The notes below the pieces were generated by a model that was not told the origin of the DNA, made no database searches, and worked only from the letters and a program-made list of their open reading frames with translations. This document shows, in pieces, positions 1 to 14,613 of a DNA stretch of 64,000 nt (position 1 is its first letter; each line of letters starts with the position of its first letter). Position numbers and translations under genes: made by a program. This DNA comes from Eledone cirrhosa (taxonomy: Eukaryota), in NCBI GenBank assembly GCA_964016885.1, contig OZ024742.1, positions 170,686,001-170,750,000 of the forward strand, in the 5' to 3' direction.

Positions 1-204
1 AGAGATGTCAATATGAATGGACTTGTTATTTTTATCTAAAGACATTTTTTCCAATTCCACCCTGGCTGTCCCTTCAATCAATCTTATTTCTCATTCTTTC
101 CTGCCTACATACATACATACATGATGGCTGCCCCCTCGTTATCGAATATGGCCATTGCACGAGGAGAAAGAAAAAAAAAAAGAATAAAAAAAAAAAAAAA
201 AAAG

Positions 205-254
<50 letters not shown>

Positions 255-1113
255 CTTTTTATACATATACATACATACACACACACACACCTACACACAT
301 ACTCACACACACATATACACACACATACATTAATAACAATAATAATAATAATAATAATAACAATAATAATAACGACAACAACAATAATAATATACATATA
401 CATATATATATACACACACACGCACACACATAAGCATATCTACACACACACACACACGATAGCAACTAACAGCGCTGCGATCGAATGTGGCTTTTTAGCC
501 CAGCCAATGATCTAAAATGTCTTGCACAGAGTCGGCAACCAAAACATTCACTGGGAACATACATACATACATTCATACACATATATATATATGTGTATGT
601 GTGTGGGGGGTGTATGTGTGTAAGTGTACGGTAAAGTTATAATTGTATATATACAGAGTGAGTAACCGAGATTACGCCAATGTATATATAAAGCAATGAT
701 ATTAGTTTCGTTAGTATATTAGTCTTTCTTTTTCCTATTGTACAGGGGTAAGACAGAGATAGTCGAAGAGATAATAGTTCAACAATTAGTAGGAAAACAG
801 ATACGTGAGTGTGTGTCCGTCAAACATATACAGCAGATTCGAACACAAAAGAACAAAACCCCCCACTCTCACTGCCTCCGTCTATCCGAATCTCCCCATC
901 TCTCACTATTATGAGCAAATGGGGTCCCACGCGCTGGTCGCCCGGAGGATATAAATACCACTGGCGACTCCAGCAATGGATCTACTTTGCCTCAGCTGTC
1001 ATGTCTATCTATTTTTCTAACCCAGAATTCGTGTCTATGAACACTACTTTTAATTGCTTGGACATAACATTGTGACACGGGCTGACGAATTTCCGCCCAA
1101 ACAATTCATGTTT

Positions 1114-2075
1114 TAATTTAAAAAAATAAAAAATAGATGGCCAATAGTGGATGGAAAAGGCGATTTAGTATTATATAATTTAAAAAATAAAAATAGATGG
1201 CCAATAGTGGATGGAAAAGGCGATTTAGTATTATATAATTTAAAAAATAAAAATAGATGGCCAATAGTGGATGGAAAAGGCGATTTAGTATTATATAATT
1301 TAAAAAATAAAAATAGATGGCCAATAGTGGATGGAAAAGGCGATTTAGTATTATATAATTTAAAAAATAAAAATAGATGGCCAATAGTGGATGGAAAAGG
1401 CGATTTAGTATTATATAATTTAAAAAATAAAAATAGATGGCCAATAGTGGATGGAAAAGGCGATTTAGTATTATATAATTTAAAAAATAAAAATAGATGG
1501 CCAATAGTGGATGGAAAAGGCGATTTAGTATTATATAATTTAAAAAATAAAAATAGATGGCCAATAGTGGATGGAAAAGGCGATTTAGTATTATATAATT
1601 TAAAAAATAAAAATAGATGGCCAATAGTGGATGGAAAAGGCGATTTAGTATTATATAATTTAAAAAATAAAAATAGATGGCCAATAGTGGATGGAAAAGG
1701 CGATTTAGTATTATATAATTTAAAAAATAAAAATAGATGGCCAATAGTGGATGGAAAAGGCGATTTAGTATTATATAATTTAAAAAATAAAAATAGATGA
1801 CCAATAGTGGATGGAAAAGGCGATTTAGTATTATATAATTTAAAAATTAAAAATAGATGACCAATAGTGGATGGAAAAGGCGATTTAGTATTATATAATT
1901 TAAAAATTAAAAATAGATGACCAATAGTGGATGGAAAAGGCGATTTAGTATTATATAATTTAAAAAATAAAAATAGATGACCAATAGTGGATGGAAAAGG
2001 CGATTTAGTATTATATAATTTAAAAATTAAAAATAGATGACCAATAGTGGATGGAAAAGGCGATTTAGTATTATA
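1114..2075. repeat. 60-bp tandem repeat, about 16 near-identical copies
   Basis: Unit AAAAATAAAAATAGATGGCCAATAGTGGATGGAAAAGGCGATTTAGTATTATATAATTTA repeats in exact 60-nt register. The first 11 units have GATGG and the last 5 have GATGA. No unique spacers. Confidence 0.97.
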
Positions 2076-2124
2076 AAATAATAAATATTAGGATTGAAAC
2101 AATTAAAAATATTTACTTAGTTAG

Positions 2125-2401
2125 TTCGGGTACTGCGGCCCGCAATTCAGAGGACTGGAAGGCAAACAAATACCGAGTCTTGTCCGGCCGCTTCCTCTAC
2201 ACACAGGTCGCTGTCGAGACCTCAGGTATCCTCGGATCTCTTACAGCCGAGCTCCGTAAAATTGGAACGTCAGCAACCCGCCTGAGGAAGGAGCCCTGTG
2301 AGGTGGACTGGCTGTTGCAGTGGGTTATGTTGCTTATTGTCCGTGGAAATACCTTTGCAGTTTTGTCCGTGGGGCGCAGTCGAAACACTGCCTCGCCCTA
2401 G
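2125..2401 (+). mobile_element. 5'-truncated, decayed CRE-like non-LTR retrotransposon (RLE C-terminus)
   Basis: Translation ...VAVETSGILG...WLLQWVMLLIVRGNTFAVL resembles the AVETxGxxG...QRGNA end of CRE-type restriction-like endonucleases. Confidence 0.55.
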
Positions 2402-3117
2402 GCATAGAGCCTGTCACCCTTCCCCTTCCACCTCTCTTTCTTCCGTGGCCTAATAGTTTTTGTTCTTTCCCTCTTCTTCCTCTCATTCATAGCATTTATA
2501 GCCCATCCTCTTCTTTCCTATGCAGCCAGATCTACACTTCTTAAACCTTTCCCCTTTTTTTCATTACTTAATTTTGATTTTATATATTTTTTTTCATATT
2601 ACCATCATTGTATTACTTATTTTTGTAAAATATAGTTGACATAATATATTTATGTATAACAGATAGCAAAATATAATTTTCGTTACAATTAAATAATTAA
2701 AAATAAAATTTTATTCAATAAACTTTAGTGAAAAATATAAACACACGCCCAATTATATATCTTCACTCTATAATATTTAAACTTGAATACACAAGAATAA
2801 AAATACGATTACTATTCAGAGGTCAACTGACCATATCAAATTACCTCCAACGCATAATGACCGGACAGTTCTAACATTCATAATTAGACCTCCTAAATTC
2901 AGTCACTACTCCTACTTTTCCCCTATCACTCTCTTATATATATATGCACGAGCCACTGCATACCACATCTACGATGGATGACTGGCATAACGTTGAGTGC
3001 TTTACTTAATTTGTTACATCATCGTTTACCAACCAAAACCACCAGTTCTGCCTATTGGTAAACAGCCTAACATAAACGATATATATATATACACACATAC
3101 ACACACACGTACACACA

Positions 3118-3288
<171 letters not shown>

Positions 3289-3394
3289 TTATATATACAC
3301 TCACACGCACACATGATGTCAACATAAATGGACCTGTTACTTTTGTCTGAAGACTTTTTTTCCGTTCCCTCAATCTATCTTATTTCTCATTCTT

Positions 3395-3430
3395 TCTTCT
3401 GATGAAGGACTAGCGCCTGAAACGTTAAGA
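3395..3430 (+). ncRNA. Minimal type I hammerhead ribozyme (Penelope pLTR type, family H1)
   Basis: TCTT-CTGATGA-AGGACTAGCGCCT-GAAA-CG-TT-AAGA: stem I TCTT/AAGA and palindromic AACGTT stem III. Flanking sequence recurs at about 1-100, 14250-14450 and 58140-58245. Confidence 0.8.
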
Positions 3431-3509
3431 CCCTCTTCCTGCTATTTCAAGCGTTAACCTAATATATTCGTTCCATATATATATACATATATATATATAC
3501 ATATATATG

Positions 3510-3623
<114 letters not shown>

Positions 3624-4156
3624 CAATATATTAATAAATGGAAACTATATTTATAAAACCATATTTATTTTATTATATATATTCCAAGGGCAACCAACGC
3701 AAATTATGGTGCGCTTTCATCAGATAAAATACAGATTTGTTTTATAAATAAATATTGACATACCCTTACATATCATCCTCTTCCAACAGTTTAATTTAAA
3801 TAAACCGTTATCTTTTCAACTTTTCGGACACTCATTTGCATACTGACTCATAACTTTGTATTACCCTCAATAAAGTATTATCCCCACTATCCAGGAACCT
3901 CCAACCGTTAAGGTTGTCTTTTTCCGGGTATGTCAATATTTATTTATAAAACAAATCTGTATTTTATCTGATGAAAGCGCACCATAATTTGCCTTGGTTG
4001 CCCTTGAAATATATATAATAAAATAAATATGGTTTTATAAATATAGTTTCCATTTATTAATATATTGTGTATTGACTCCACTAAATTGTTGAGTGCTTTA
4101 TATCAGTTATAAACATTTTTAAGCTTGTTGAATCCCAACAAATTAAATATAACCTC

Positions 4157-4160
<4 letters not shown>
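3624..4160 (+). mobile_element. Fold-back Penelope-like derivative in (TA)n
   Basis: About 140-bp inverted arms (3624-3765 and 3926-4067) around a spacer, then an unpaired tail containing GAGTGC that ends in (TA)n. Each arm carries a hammerhead motif. Confidence 0.7.
3961..4024 (+). ncRNA. Hammerhead ribozyme (mirror copy 3667-3730 on minus has GGAA for GAAA)
   Basis: ATTTTAT-CTGATGA-[AAGCGCA..TGCCCTT]-GAAA-TATATA-TA-ATAAAAT: 7-bp stem I and palindromic stem III. Confidence 0.75.
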
Positions 4161-4218
<58 letters not shown>

Positions 4219-4442
4219 GGGATTGTAACGTCCAATTACTGTAGGTTCACCAGAGTGAGCACTCGATGCATAGTTTCCAGTAAGTATAGAGGTGTGGTAC
4301 TAATAACAGAAGTCCGACGAGGTTTTCATTCCAGAGTCAGGCCAGATCGATACAGATCGAGCCTTGAGCTGATCAATAGCGAAACATAAGTAATGAAGAC
4401 CTAACAAATCGTCTTTTTATTATTATTAGTGTATATATATAT

Positions 4443-4638
4443 ATAGGAAACTGTTTAACCCCGGCGGCAGAGCTCAAGCCGTTTCGACGTCTATTTCTGG
4501 ACGTCCAGAAATAGCCGTCGAAACGGCTTGAGCTCTGCCGTCGGGGTTAAACATTTTCCTATTACCCACTCTACTACCGTAAGTATTGTGTACTCTGTTG
4601 CGTTATGGTTCATCTGGTTCCTTACCACAACTCCTTTG

Positions 4639-4640
<2 letters not shown>
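4443..4640 (+). mobile_element. Short hairpin element, family P (120-bp palindrome plus tail) in (TA)n
   Basis: Palindrome 4443-4562 centred on GGACGTCC. Tail ATTACCCACTCTACTACC... is shared with the elements at 16270-16454, 53595-56118 and 56814-56993. Confidence 0.75.
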
Positions 4641-4694
<54 letters not shown>

Positions 4695-4696
<2 letters not shown>

Positions 4697-4805
4697 GTTT
4701 CTACTTTTGGCACAAGGCCAACAATTATCCAGTACATTACTGGTACTTTATTTTATCGACCCCGTAAGGATGAAAGGCAAAGTTAACTTCGGCGGGATTT
4801 GAACT
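4695..4805 (-). mobile_element. 5'-truncated SINE with Meta-domain-like core
   Basis: Reverse strand reads GTTCAAATCCCGCCGAAGTTAACTTTGCCTTTCATCCTTACGGGGTCGATAAAATAAAGTACCAG (B-box-like start plus MetaSINE-like core). Near identical to 19862-19972. Confidence 0.7.
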
Positions 4806-4825
4806 AATGATCACGAATATTATTA

Positions 4826-5397
<572 letters not shown>

Positions 5398-6121
5398 TTA
5401 TATATATATCTATATATATATATATATATTAATATATATATATATAATGATCATGAATGATGCAAAATTATTATCAGCGGACTTCCAAATCATTTTGCTG
5501 AAACATCATAGCCATGTTGTCAGAAAATGAATGAATAAATAGACTTTATACAAACAACACAGACACAGTGTATGTGTGTGTGTGTGTGTACGAGTAAGTG
5601 CAGAGTGCATGTTTGTATGTTTGTGTATATGAGTGTGGGTCTCTCTCTCTCTCACACCCCCTCACAAACACATACAGCACACACATAAACACACCACCTC
5701 TCTCTTTCACTCCCTTACTGCGTGTGCAGCGATCACACCACGCTAGATTTCATGTACAAACATTAGTTGAAAGACGAACAATTTATACTCTTTCATCAAT
5801 TTATATATTTTTAAGAATAAAAAAAAAAAATTAATTTAAATAAATAGCAAGAGTTAGAGATGAAAGGTGTTTGTTTTGTGGCGGCTTGCAGAGATTTATT
5901 AATATATCTTTGAAATAAAAAAATAAAAAATAATTAATCATAATAACTACAACAACGGAAAATAAAATTAAAAAAAAAGATATTTGTTTATCATTATTTT
6001 ACTTACTACCAAGCAAAATTATATCAAGTGCTGTTTTTCTGTTGTTTTTTTTAAAACTCGGCAATGTAAGTTGTTGCTGTTGCTGATGTCTTTTTTTTTT
6101 AAATTTTCATTTTCATTTATG

Positions 6122-6218
<97 letters not shown>

Positions 6219-6244
6219 ATATATATATATTATATATGTATATA

Positions 6245-6319
<75 letters not shown>

Positions 6320-6906
6320 ATATATATATATATATATATGCAGATTTCTTGTCAGGTGCACATGTGAAATGCATTCAACCGTCAAATTTACTGGAGAAAA
6401 TAAATAGATGTAAACATATTTTTGTATCTATTCTGACAAGACAGACGCAGCCTGCGGGTTATTTCTTGACAGCTGTCCAAGAGTTTAGTGAAGCGTTACA
6501 CAGATTTTTCTTGCTCCTTCAGTTTCACCATTTTCCACATCTCAACACAGTCAGAGGAAAAAAACAAACAACACAGAAAGTCTTGAACCCTCACAGACTG
6601 TAAAACAACCATTTGTTAACCATTGACACACGTAGCTTTACTTCTACCTCTCTCTTCCATCTTTCACTCCTTTCCTCCTTTCCGCACTCACTCTTCTCCA
6701 CCGCCATGTCTCTCCCCCCTTCCCCTCTCCCTCTCTTATTCGCTCCTTCCTGTCCTCCATTTTAATTTTTTTTATTTTTTTTTTATTGAAGGTTATGTTG
6801 GGTGTGGTGTGTGGTGAGGTGAGGTGGTGTGGTGTCGGATGGGGTGAATCAATTCCTATTGCTTTGGAGATTTAAGTAGAAATAAGTCACGATTCTCCTC
6901 CCCCTT

Positions 6907-6956
<50 letters not shown>

Positions 6957-7143
6957 TATCACCATCATCATCAGTAACTTCATCATCACCATGGTCTTAA
7001 TCACTGTAATCATCAAAATAGTCATCATCGACTTTGAGTATAGAGATGAAACTCCAGAGTAACAAAGCTCATCACTTAGCCTTAAGAAACAATATTAAAA
7101 ATCTTTATATCGATACTGATTATTCATTTCCACGTCCCTCAAT

Positions 7144-7194
<51 letters not shown>

Positions 7195-8303
7195 TTAAGG
7201 ATACTATTTATGGTTATGTATATACTAAAACCTTTTATAGTTATATATATATATATATATTTTTAAAACCCTAAATAGTGAAAGACAGTAATTTATTACT
7301 ATCTTATTACCAGTACGATGAATAGCTCAATGTAACAACATCAGTTGTTTTACAGAGCAGTTATAAAGAAAGTACATGAATCAAAGTTCTGTTTAAATCA
7401 TTTATTTGCTTACAATTATTTCTTACAAACCGAGGTTTGGAGTCTTCGGAGCAATTATTCAGTGATTTTTTTACATACTTGACTTCCTTTTCAACACAAG
7501 AGACATATAGAAACATATGTATATATTGACCCACAGTGGGTTGACATCCATTATAATAATATAGCATGGCAATTTACATACAAAGATTATATATTAAAGG
7601 ATAAAATTAAAGTTAAAATTAAAATTAAAATTAAAATTAAAATTAAAATAAAACATTGGCAGTTTACGAAGATAAAGCAAGAGGAAAGTTTGGGGTAGCC
7701 AGTGTATGCAACAGTCACACGTGAGGCATGCACGCGTGTCCTATTTATACAAGATTAGAGTGCGGCAGATTGTTACATGTAAAACAAGCAGTCAAAGCAG
7801 GCAATCAAGAGCATCATGGGGGCTGTACTGGTAAAGCATTTTTCACACACACCTGTATGATATAGAAGCCCGTGTGTGGAGAAACACCAAAAATAACAAA
7901 AATATTACAAATGAGAAGCAAAACAGCACCACTGTCCTCGCACACACCACCAGTCCCACAATCCAGGAAACGCAATTTATAGACTACATGTCCATCACAC
8001 AATCCACGATGATTCAACATTGGGTGCCTGGTGAACCATGTTAGAACATCACAGCTTGTCGTTCTCTAATTCGATTCTATAGAGCAGGTTGTTATTGTTG
8101 TGAGAGTTGACATCGTATTATATTCCGTATTAAACAACTTGCATCAATTGTTTTGCTATTTTTAGAAATGATGAAAATAGCATTTTCTAGTAATCATCAT
8201 CATCAACATCACTTTTATTATTATTACTGTTGTTGTTGTTGTTAGGGGTCGTACTCGACATGGTCGTAGTCATAGTCATAGTAGGAGTAATACCCCATTA
8301 TTA

Positions 8304-10615
8304 TTATTCATTTAGCTTGGGTTGGAATTTATCAATAACATTCTTTTCTTTGATTTTTCTCTTGATTTCACTTGGGCTGTGTAATTTGTAAACTGGAAAT
8401 ATTATAAATATTTTCTGACCACATGTTGCTAGATGGTTACTCAGGGGTATCTGACGGACATTTGGGTCTCTGATTTGCTGTCGGTGTACCCGTGCACGTT
8501 CCGATGGTGCATTTCCAGTTTGACCGACATATAGTTCTTCACAATTCGGGCATTTAATGCAGTAAATTAGATATCTGCTTTTGCAGTTCATATTTGCTTT
8601 TGGGAATATTTTTCCAGTTTTTGTGTTCATATATTGACCGGTGTGTATGGATTGACATGTGCCACATCGACTATCATTGCATTTAGATACAGTGAATGAT
8701 TGGTCTTCGTTGTTAAGGTCAAACTTTGCTTTTGTTAGTAATTGTTTCAGATCTTTCGGCTGTCTTTTACTAAGAGTCAAAGATCGGTCTGTGATTAAGC
8801 CTTTTAATTCATTACTTTGAGCAATGATCGGTAGGTTTGCTTTGGCAGTGTTGAAGATATTCTGGTGACATGGGTTGTGTGTCATTATAAATGGTATATT
8901 TCTTGGTTTCTTCTTCCTTGGGTTGTCCTAAGTTATTGTATAGGTATTTTTATAGCCCGCTGTATGCCATTTTCTATAAGTAGAGATGGGTATTTTTGTT
9001 TGAGCAAAAATTCCCTCAGTTCTGTTAGGCGTTTGTTCCTGGTATTCGTATCTTCTACAATGGTACAAATTCTTCTGGCTAGGCAGTATGGGATGTTACG
9101 TTTTGTATGAGGTGGATGGCACGACTTAAAATTCAGATATTGATGGGTGTCTGTGTGTTTATAATATATATCCGTGGTAATGGTAGTGTCGTTTTTGATT
9201 AACATTGTGTTAATCAAAAACGAGTTGTGGTATTTTGAAGCTAGGTTGTTGATTTTCTTCATGATGCTGTGGTCTATATTTGACGGTATTTCATGGTAGA
9301 ATGTTGTGTCTTTCAGTTGTTCCTCAACCAAATCTTTGTAGTATTCAGTATCCATTATAACAATTGCACCCCCTTTATCTGCTTGATCAATTATTATTGT
9401 TTTATCATTTTGTATACGTTTAAGTGCAGACATTTCTGATTTGTTAATGTTTGGCCTAACATTAGTATTACGTCTAAGAGGAAATTTAGACAGGATGTCT
9501 ATGTATTGGTCGAGATAGATATTTCTTCCTTTTGGCGGAGTGAAATTTGATTTATTCTTTACTAGTGATTCATCACTCTCATTATTTTTATCAGCGAAGA
9601 ATTCTCCAAGTCGTAATTTTCGACAGTATTCTTGGGTATCCTCCTTCAGTTCTTGGAGGTTGACTGTTGGAGTCGGTGTGAATTTCAGTCCTTTTGACAG
9701 AATTTGCATTTCATCATTGTCAAGATCTCTTTTGGATAAATTAATCATTTTAGGATCTACGTGTACAGTTGTTTTGGGTATGTTTATTCCCGGAGTTTTT
9801 CTTTTTCCGGGTTTTGTTGTCCTGACGTTAAAAAAATGGATTTTTCTCTGTTCAGGATTTATATTCCTGTTGGTGTTTGCTTGATGAAATTTTGGTCGTG
9901 ATATTATATTTGGTTTCGTTATGTTTTTTGTTATATTTTTGGTATTATGTATATTATTTTTCCATTTCCTGTTAGCATTATTTTGAACAATCTGGGGAAA
10001 TGACCTAGGTTTGCTTTCAGGTTTAGATCGTTTTTTCGCCCAGTTTCTTGTGGGTAATCTCTGTTGAGATCTTGAGAGTGATCTGGTTATTCTACGGTTT
10101 TTCCTCCCGTTCCTTGTGAGTAGTCTCTGTTGAGATCTTGAGAATGATCTGGTTTTTCTACTTCTCATGGTCTGGTCAAAGGAATATCTATCGTGTTTGT
10201 GCTTTTTGTTCATGTTGTGTGCATTAGGGTGTTTTTGTAGAAAAAGCGAAGTGTTCTTACCGTAGTTCTTCTTTGATTCAAGGTAAGGTGAGTGTTTGTG
10301 TTGCCACGTGTTCTGGCGTATGTTGTGTTGGTGAGATTGTCCACTTTTAATGCTTTTTCTCAGAGTTCCAGAGTCTTTACCTTTATTTGCAGCATATTCA
10401 TCGAGAAATAATTGATTCTGTTGCCATAACTTTCTTGATTTGCTTTCTTCTTTTGAGATATCTCTGATCCATAGTTCTCGTAGTTTTTCAGCTATAATAC
10501 CAGTCGTTAGCTTTGAAATTTTGACTTCAATTTGGTCATCAATAGCTTCATATTTGGCTTTGTAGCGGGATTGTTTACATTGAGAAATGGAGATGTCGGT
10601 CCTGAATTTTGTCAA
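8304..10615 (-). pseudogene. Penelope-like element ORF (RT remnant plus GIY-YIG endonuclease), internally deleted and interrupted
   Basis: Motifs ILSKGLKFTP, ADKGGAIVIMD, IYYKHTDTHQYLNFKSCHP, Cys linker CNDSRCGTC and LIYCIKCPNCEELYVGQT. The RT palm (DD motif) is missing between YHNSF and LINTML, and the ORF breaks near 8930. Confidence 0.9.
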
Positions 10616-11422
10616 TGTAAGCTCCCATCAGAGTTTGGTTTCTTCTTTTAGTTTTCCTGCAATTTCTGTAATTTACGAGGGAGTATAGGTGCCGTTAGAG
10701 AGAGCCATTTCTAATGTGTTTCGACATATTTTTCGCATTTGTATGCTTTCCAAAAGTTTTGTTTTCTTATGTTATGAAATTTTTTCCATGTCTTCCACAT
10801 TTCTTTTCTCATTCGATGTGTTTTGTTTTCCAAATTTCTTTCGTTTAGTTCTGACACCCAAGGGGATTGTGGTAGGCTTTCTCTTGTATCTTTGATAACT
10901 GTTGGAATAATTTCAGCTAAATTCTTAATTTCAGAGTTTATATGTTCAGTTATAAGTTTTCCGTCTGTGATTATTACTAGAAAATGCTATTTTCATCATT
11001 TCTAAAAATAGCAAAACAATTGATGCTTTGGATAGGGTCAAATAGAAGTCGTTAGACATGCTCAACGAACCGTGACGCCTAAATCAATCATCTTTAGTAA
11101 TCCAATAAAATTACACCCTGATTGGTCGAAATACAGTTTGCAAAATTTAGCATTCTGTAGCCGCTTTTCACTGTATATAAGGCACAGAATTTACCCATCT
11201 CATTACAGTTGAAAATTACAAACTTGACTGTCACCACTGAATATGAACCTGAAGATTGCGAAAGCATGAAAGTAACACTTAACATTTAATATTCTACCAT
11301 ACTATTTCATTCTAATACCATTATACATTTTAAAGGATTGTAAATAAAACGTGTAAATCAGACAAAGTTGGAATTTCTTTTATTAATATAATCTTCTATA
11401 CACAATCATACACACCCGTGTA

Positions 11423-11453
<31 letters not shown>

Positions 11454-11689
11454 TCTATTGTGTATATGCCATCATGTCTGGAAAGCAACAAATGAAACCA
11501 ATAGAATCAGAAAGAATTCTAAAGGAGATATCATCGAAATTATCAACACTTATCACGATGATTGACACAATCCTTTATTTTAAAGGAAATAGAGAAACAA
11601 TCTACAGACGGAAAACTTATAACTGAACATATAAACTGTGAAATTAAGAATTTAGCTGAAATTATACCAACAGTTATCAAAGATACAAA

Positions 11690-11825
11690 CACTGACAAAG
11701 AAACGTTCCTTTGTCAGTGTTGAACAAAATGGCAACGATGGTTGCCAAACACTGTACGGGTAATAATTCTGGCTGTTTGTTTACAAACAAACCGAGCATT
11801 ATAATAAATGTTCGGTAAACCCATA
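11690..11825 (+). repeat. Dispersed repeat family H2 (pLTR-like 3' end next to (TA)n)
   Basis: CGTTCCTTTGTCAGTGTTGAACAAAA...GTTCGGTAAACCCATA recurs at 34934-35052 (+) and about 52670-52800 (-), where a hammerhead lies directly upstream. Confidence 0.7.
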
Positions 11826-12106
11826 TGTACATATATATATGTGTGCATGTATGTATGTATATACATACGTCTGTATACATATATGTATGTACGTATACAT
11901 ACTTATATATATATATATATATGGCGAGTCGGTGGTATGCAAATCTGGCTGATCAGTGGATCTGCTAATATGCAGATCTAACTGACCAGCCAGTCTGCTA
12001 ATAAGCAAACCAGGCCGATCAGTCGTTAAACATGGCGTTAAAAATGAGGCTTGTTTGCATAATTGCAAACGAATCGAATATTGTTATTAATATTCGAAAA
12101 ACTCAG

Positions 12107-12242
<136 letters not shown>

Positions 12243-12249
12243 CATATAG

Positions 12250-13130
12250 TAATCATAATAAATATGAAGTTTAAATTCCAAAGAGGGCTCGATAAGGATA
12301 AATATAAATCAAATATATAAGAACACTAGAGCAAATATTTATTAAAATAACAGATTAAAGTTTAAGCAAACAATCGCTGCTTCACCCTTAACGGGATCTT
12401 CTGAAACTTAAAAAATCAATCTGTGAACACAGAAGTAAATATTTCGAAAAACGTTGCAACCGAAGGAAAACAGGAAGACGATACTTTGGTTCGTGAAGAC
12501 GCTCCCTTCACAAAACATACGGGTAAGACATACTTACCTATGCAAATAAGTAAAGGTATAAACATAAAATATACTTAGCTACCACATCAAGACGTAAATT
12601 ATCCGCGTATTGTTCGTACTATCCGTTAGGGTATAATGTGGGGCTGTAATACAGAAAAGTTTTATGGAATTTCTGTTTACAAGCCGAACATGCCTCAAAT
12701 TTTTTGTTTAAGATATGGTAATTGGCATAGAGTATTTCCAGGGCTTCAGCAGCGCAAAGATCACATGGTCTTTTATTTCCGTTATACAATCTAGCCTGCT
12801 AGGATCTCCCAGTGTAACCTATACCGGGTGTGTTTGTCTTTTAGACTCCAGATATAAGCTTCTTAATAAGGAAGAAAAAGATCTTAGCTCCAAATATAAA
12901 TGCTTCTTAATAAGGAAGAGAAAGATCTTAGCTAATGGTGTGGCCACCTTCATATTATATGGTGGGTTATACCTTATAATGCGTCGGGATCTATTTTTCC
13001 TTGGTCTATGCTCATACTTAGTATATGCTACCTTATCGGCAAATCCACTCCAAGTAAGAGCTTCATTGTAATATGTAGAATGGTCGGTGAAAATATGCTT
13101 GTTTGTAGATAGATGGGAAAGCCTCAAAGA
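12250..13130 (-). mobile_element. Decayed Penelope-like element, Hydra-type protein features
   Basis: YNEALTWSGF...RSRRIIRYNPPYN...IFLFLIKKH (RT thumb/linker), plus a hand translation of about 12670-12830 giving LHWEIL..PCDLCAAEALEILY...ILNKKFE...CK. Segment 12343-12510 is repeated at about 56445-56610. Confidence 0.65.
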
Positions 13131-13983
13131 AATGTTTCTTACCAGGTTCTTGGTTATTCAGGGAAGCTCGCGCTCTGACCAGTCCGCCACTGGAGGCAGG
13201 TACCAAAATCAGTACTCAAGAAGCACTTCCTTTCAAAGACAAACTTCACCCTTCTCAGCCAAACAACAAGCACCATACAGTTCAAGGACTTGGGCTCATG
13301 ATAATAAACTCGTAGGTTCGATTCCTGGACGGGCTCTTGCTGCCAGGAGGTGCCCAACAGAAACATTGCTTCCTTGATCCGATCTGAGGACCGACTCCTT
13401 TCCTTTTATTCTACCCCCCCCCCCCCCCCCCCCACACACACATACAACCCCCTACAAAAGACACCCACATATAAACCCCCCACATATACCCCCCCACAAA
13501 GACCCCCATATACACCCCCCACAAGGACCCCCACATATACCCCCACACAAAAGACCCACATACAACCCCCCACATACAACTCTCCACACAACCCCCCCCC
13601 CCAACACCTCCACATAACCCCCCCCCACATAAACCTCCACATATCCACCCCCATTACAACCCCCCCAACACCCCAACATACAACACCCCCACACATATGA
13701 AAATAGCTGACTAAACACACACATGATTTCTTCCTGTAAAAAAAAAAAATCCCTTTTCTCATATTCATCTATCTTTCTGTTTCTTCTTCTAAGTTTCTCT
13801 CTACGAAGGACACAGTCCAAAACGTTAAAGCTCCTTTTCTACCATATCAAGCGTGAAAATAATATATATCTTCATTGTACTGTATCGTTTTCCTGTGTTG
13901 TTTTCTTCCTTATTGACTTTTCGCATGCGCTCACACACGCACACACACACAGACAACCCCTCCTCCCACATGTACATATATAT

Positions 13984-14246
13984 CTAAAGTCTAAAGTCTG
14001 TCTTAAGCAAGAAGGCTCATTTGGCCAGTGCTTATCCCGGTTTCATGGCGTGAAGCGAAGGTACAAGACAACCCCCCCCCCCTGGTCAGGATGCCAGTCC
14101 ATCACAGGGTTAAACCCCCAGCTATTGCAAGTACTCGTTTTCAGCTGAGTATACTGGAGCAACGTGAAATGAAGTGTTTTGCTCAAGAACAACACGCATC
14201 CTAGGAATCGAACCCACGACACCCTTACCACTAGGCCACGTGCCTC
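13984..14246 (-). mobile_element. tRNA-derived SINE
   Basis: A-box GTGGCCTAGTGG, B-box GGTTCGATTCC, TTGAGCAAAACACTT (CORE-like), CCCTGTGATGGACTGGCATCC (V-domain-like) and a short repeat tail (GACTTTA)2. Confidence 0.75.
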
Positions 14247-14328
14247 AGGACCTGTTATTTTTATCTAAAGACATTTTTTTCCAATTCCATCCCGCCCGTC
14301 CCTTCAATCTATTTTATTTCTCATTCTT

Positions 14329-14364
14329 TCTTCTAATGAAGGACTAGCGTCCGAAACGTTAAGA
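14329..14364 (+). ncRNA. Hammerhead family H1 copy with core mutation (CTAATGA)
   Basis: TCTT-CTAATGA-A-GGAC TAGC GTCC-GAAA-CG-TT-AAGA; the G5A change is predicted to inactivate it. Confidence 0.65.
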
Positions 14365-14483
14365 CCCTCTTCTACTATACCAAGCGTTAACCTAATATAT
14401 ACCTTACATATACTGTACCGATTGTGTTGTTATTTCTGTTTACCTTTTACACACACACACACAGACACACACAGACACACACA

Positions 14484-14613
<130 letters not shown>

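Noticed and set aside
1114-2075. CRISPR array or repeat-protein gene (ORFs 1147-1800 and 1118-1804)
   Set aside because: No unique spacers and no cas genes. The ORFs are a by-product of a 60-nt unit, and later units contain TGA in the plus frame.
13270-13340. tRNA genes (also near 33150, 35720 and 38680)
   Set aside because: Only decayed A/B-box-like SINE heads; no complete cloverleaf.
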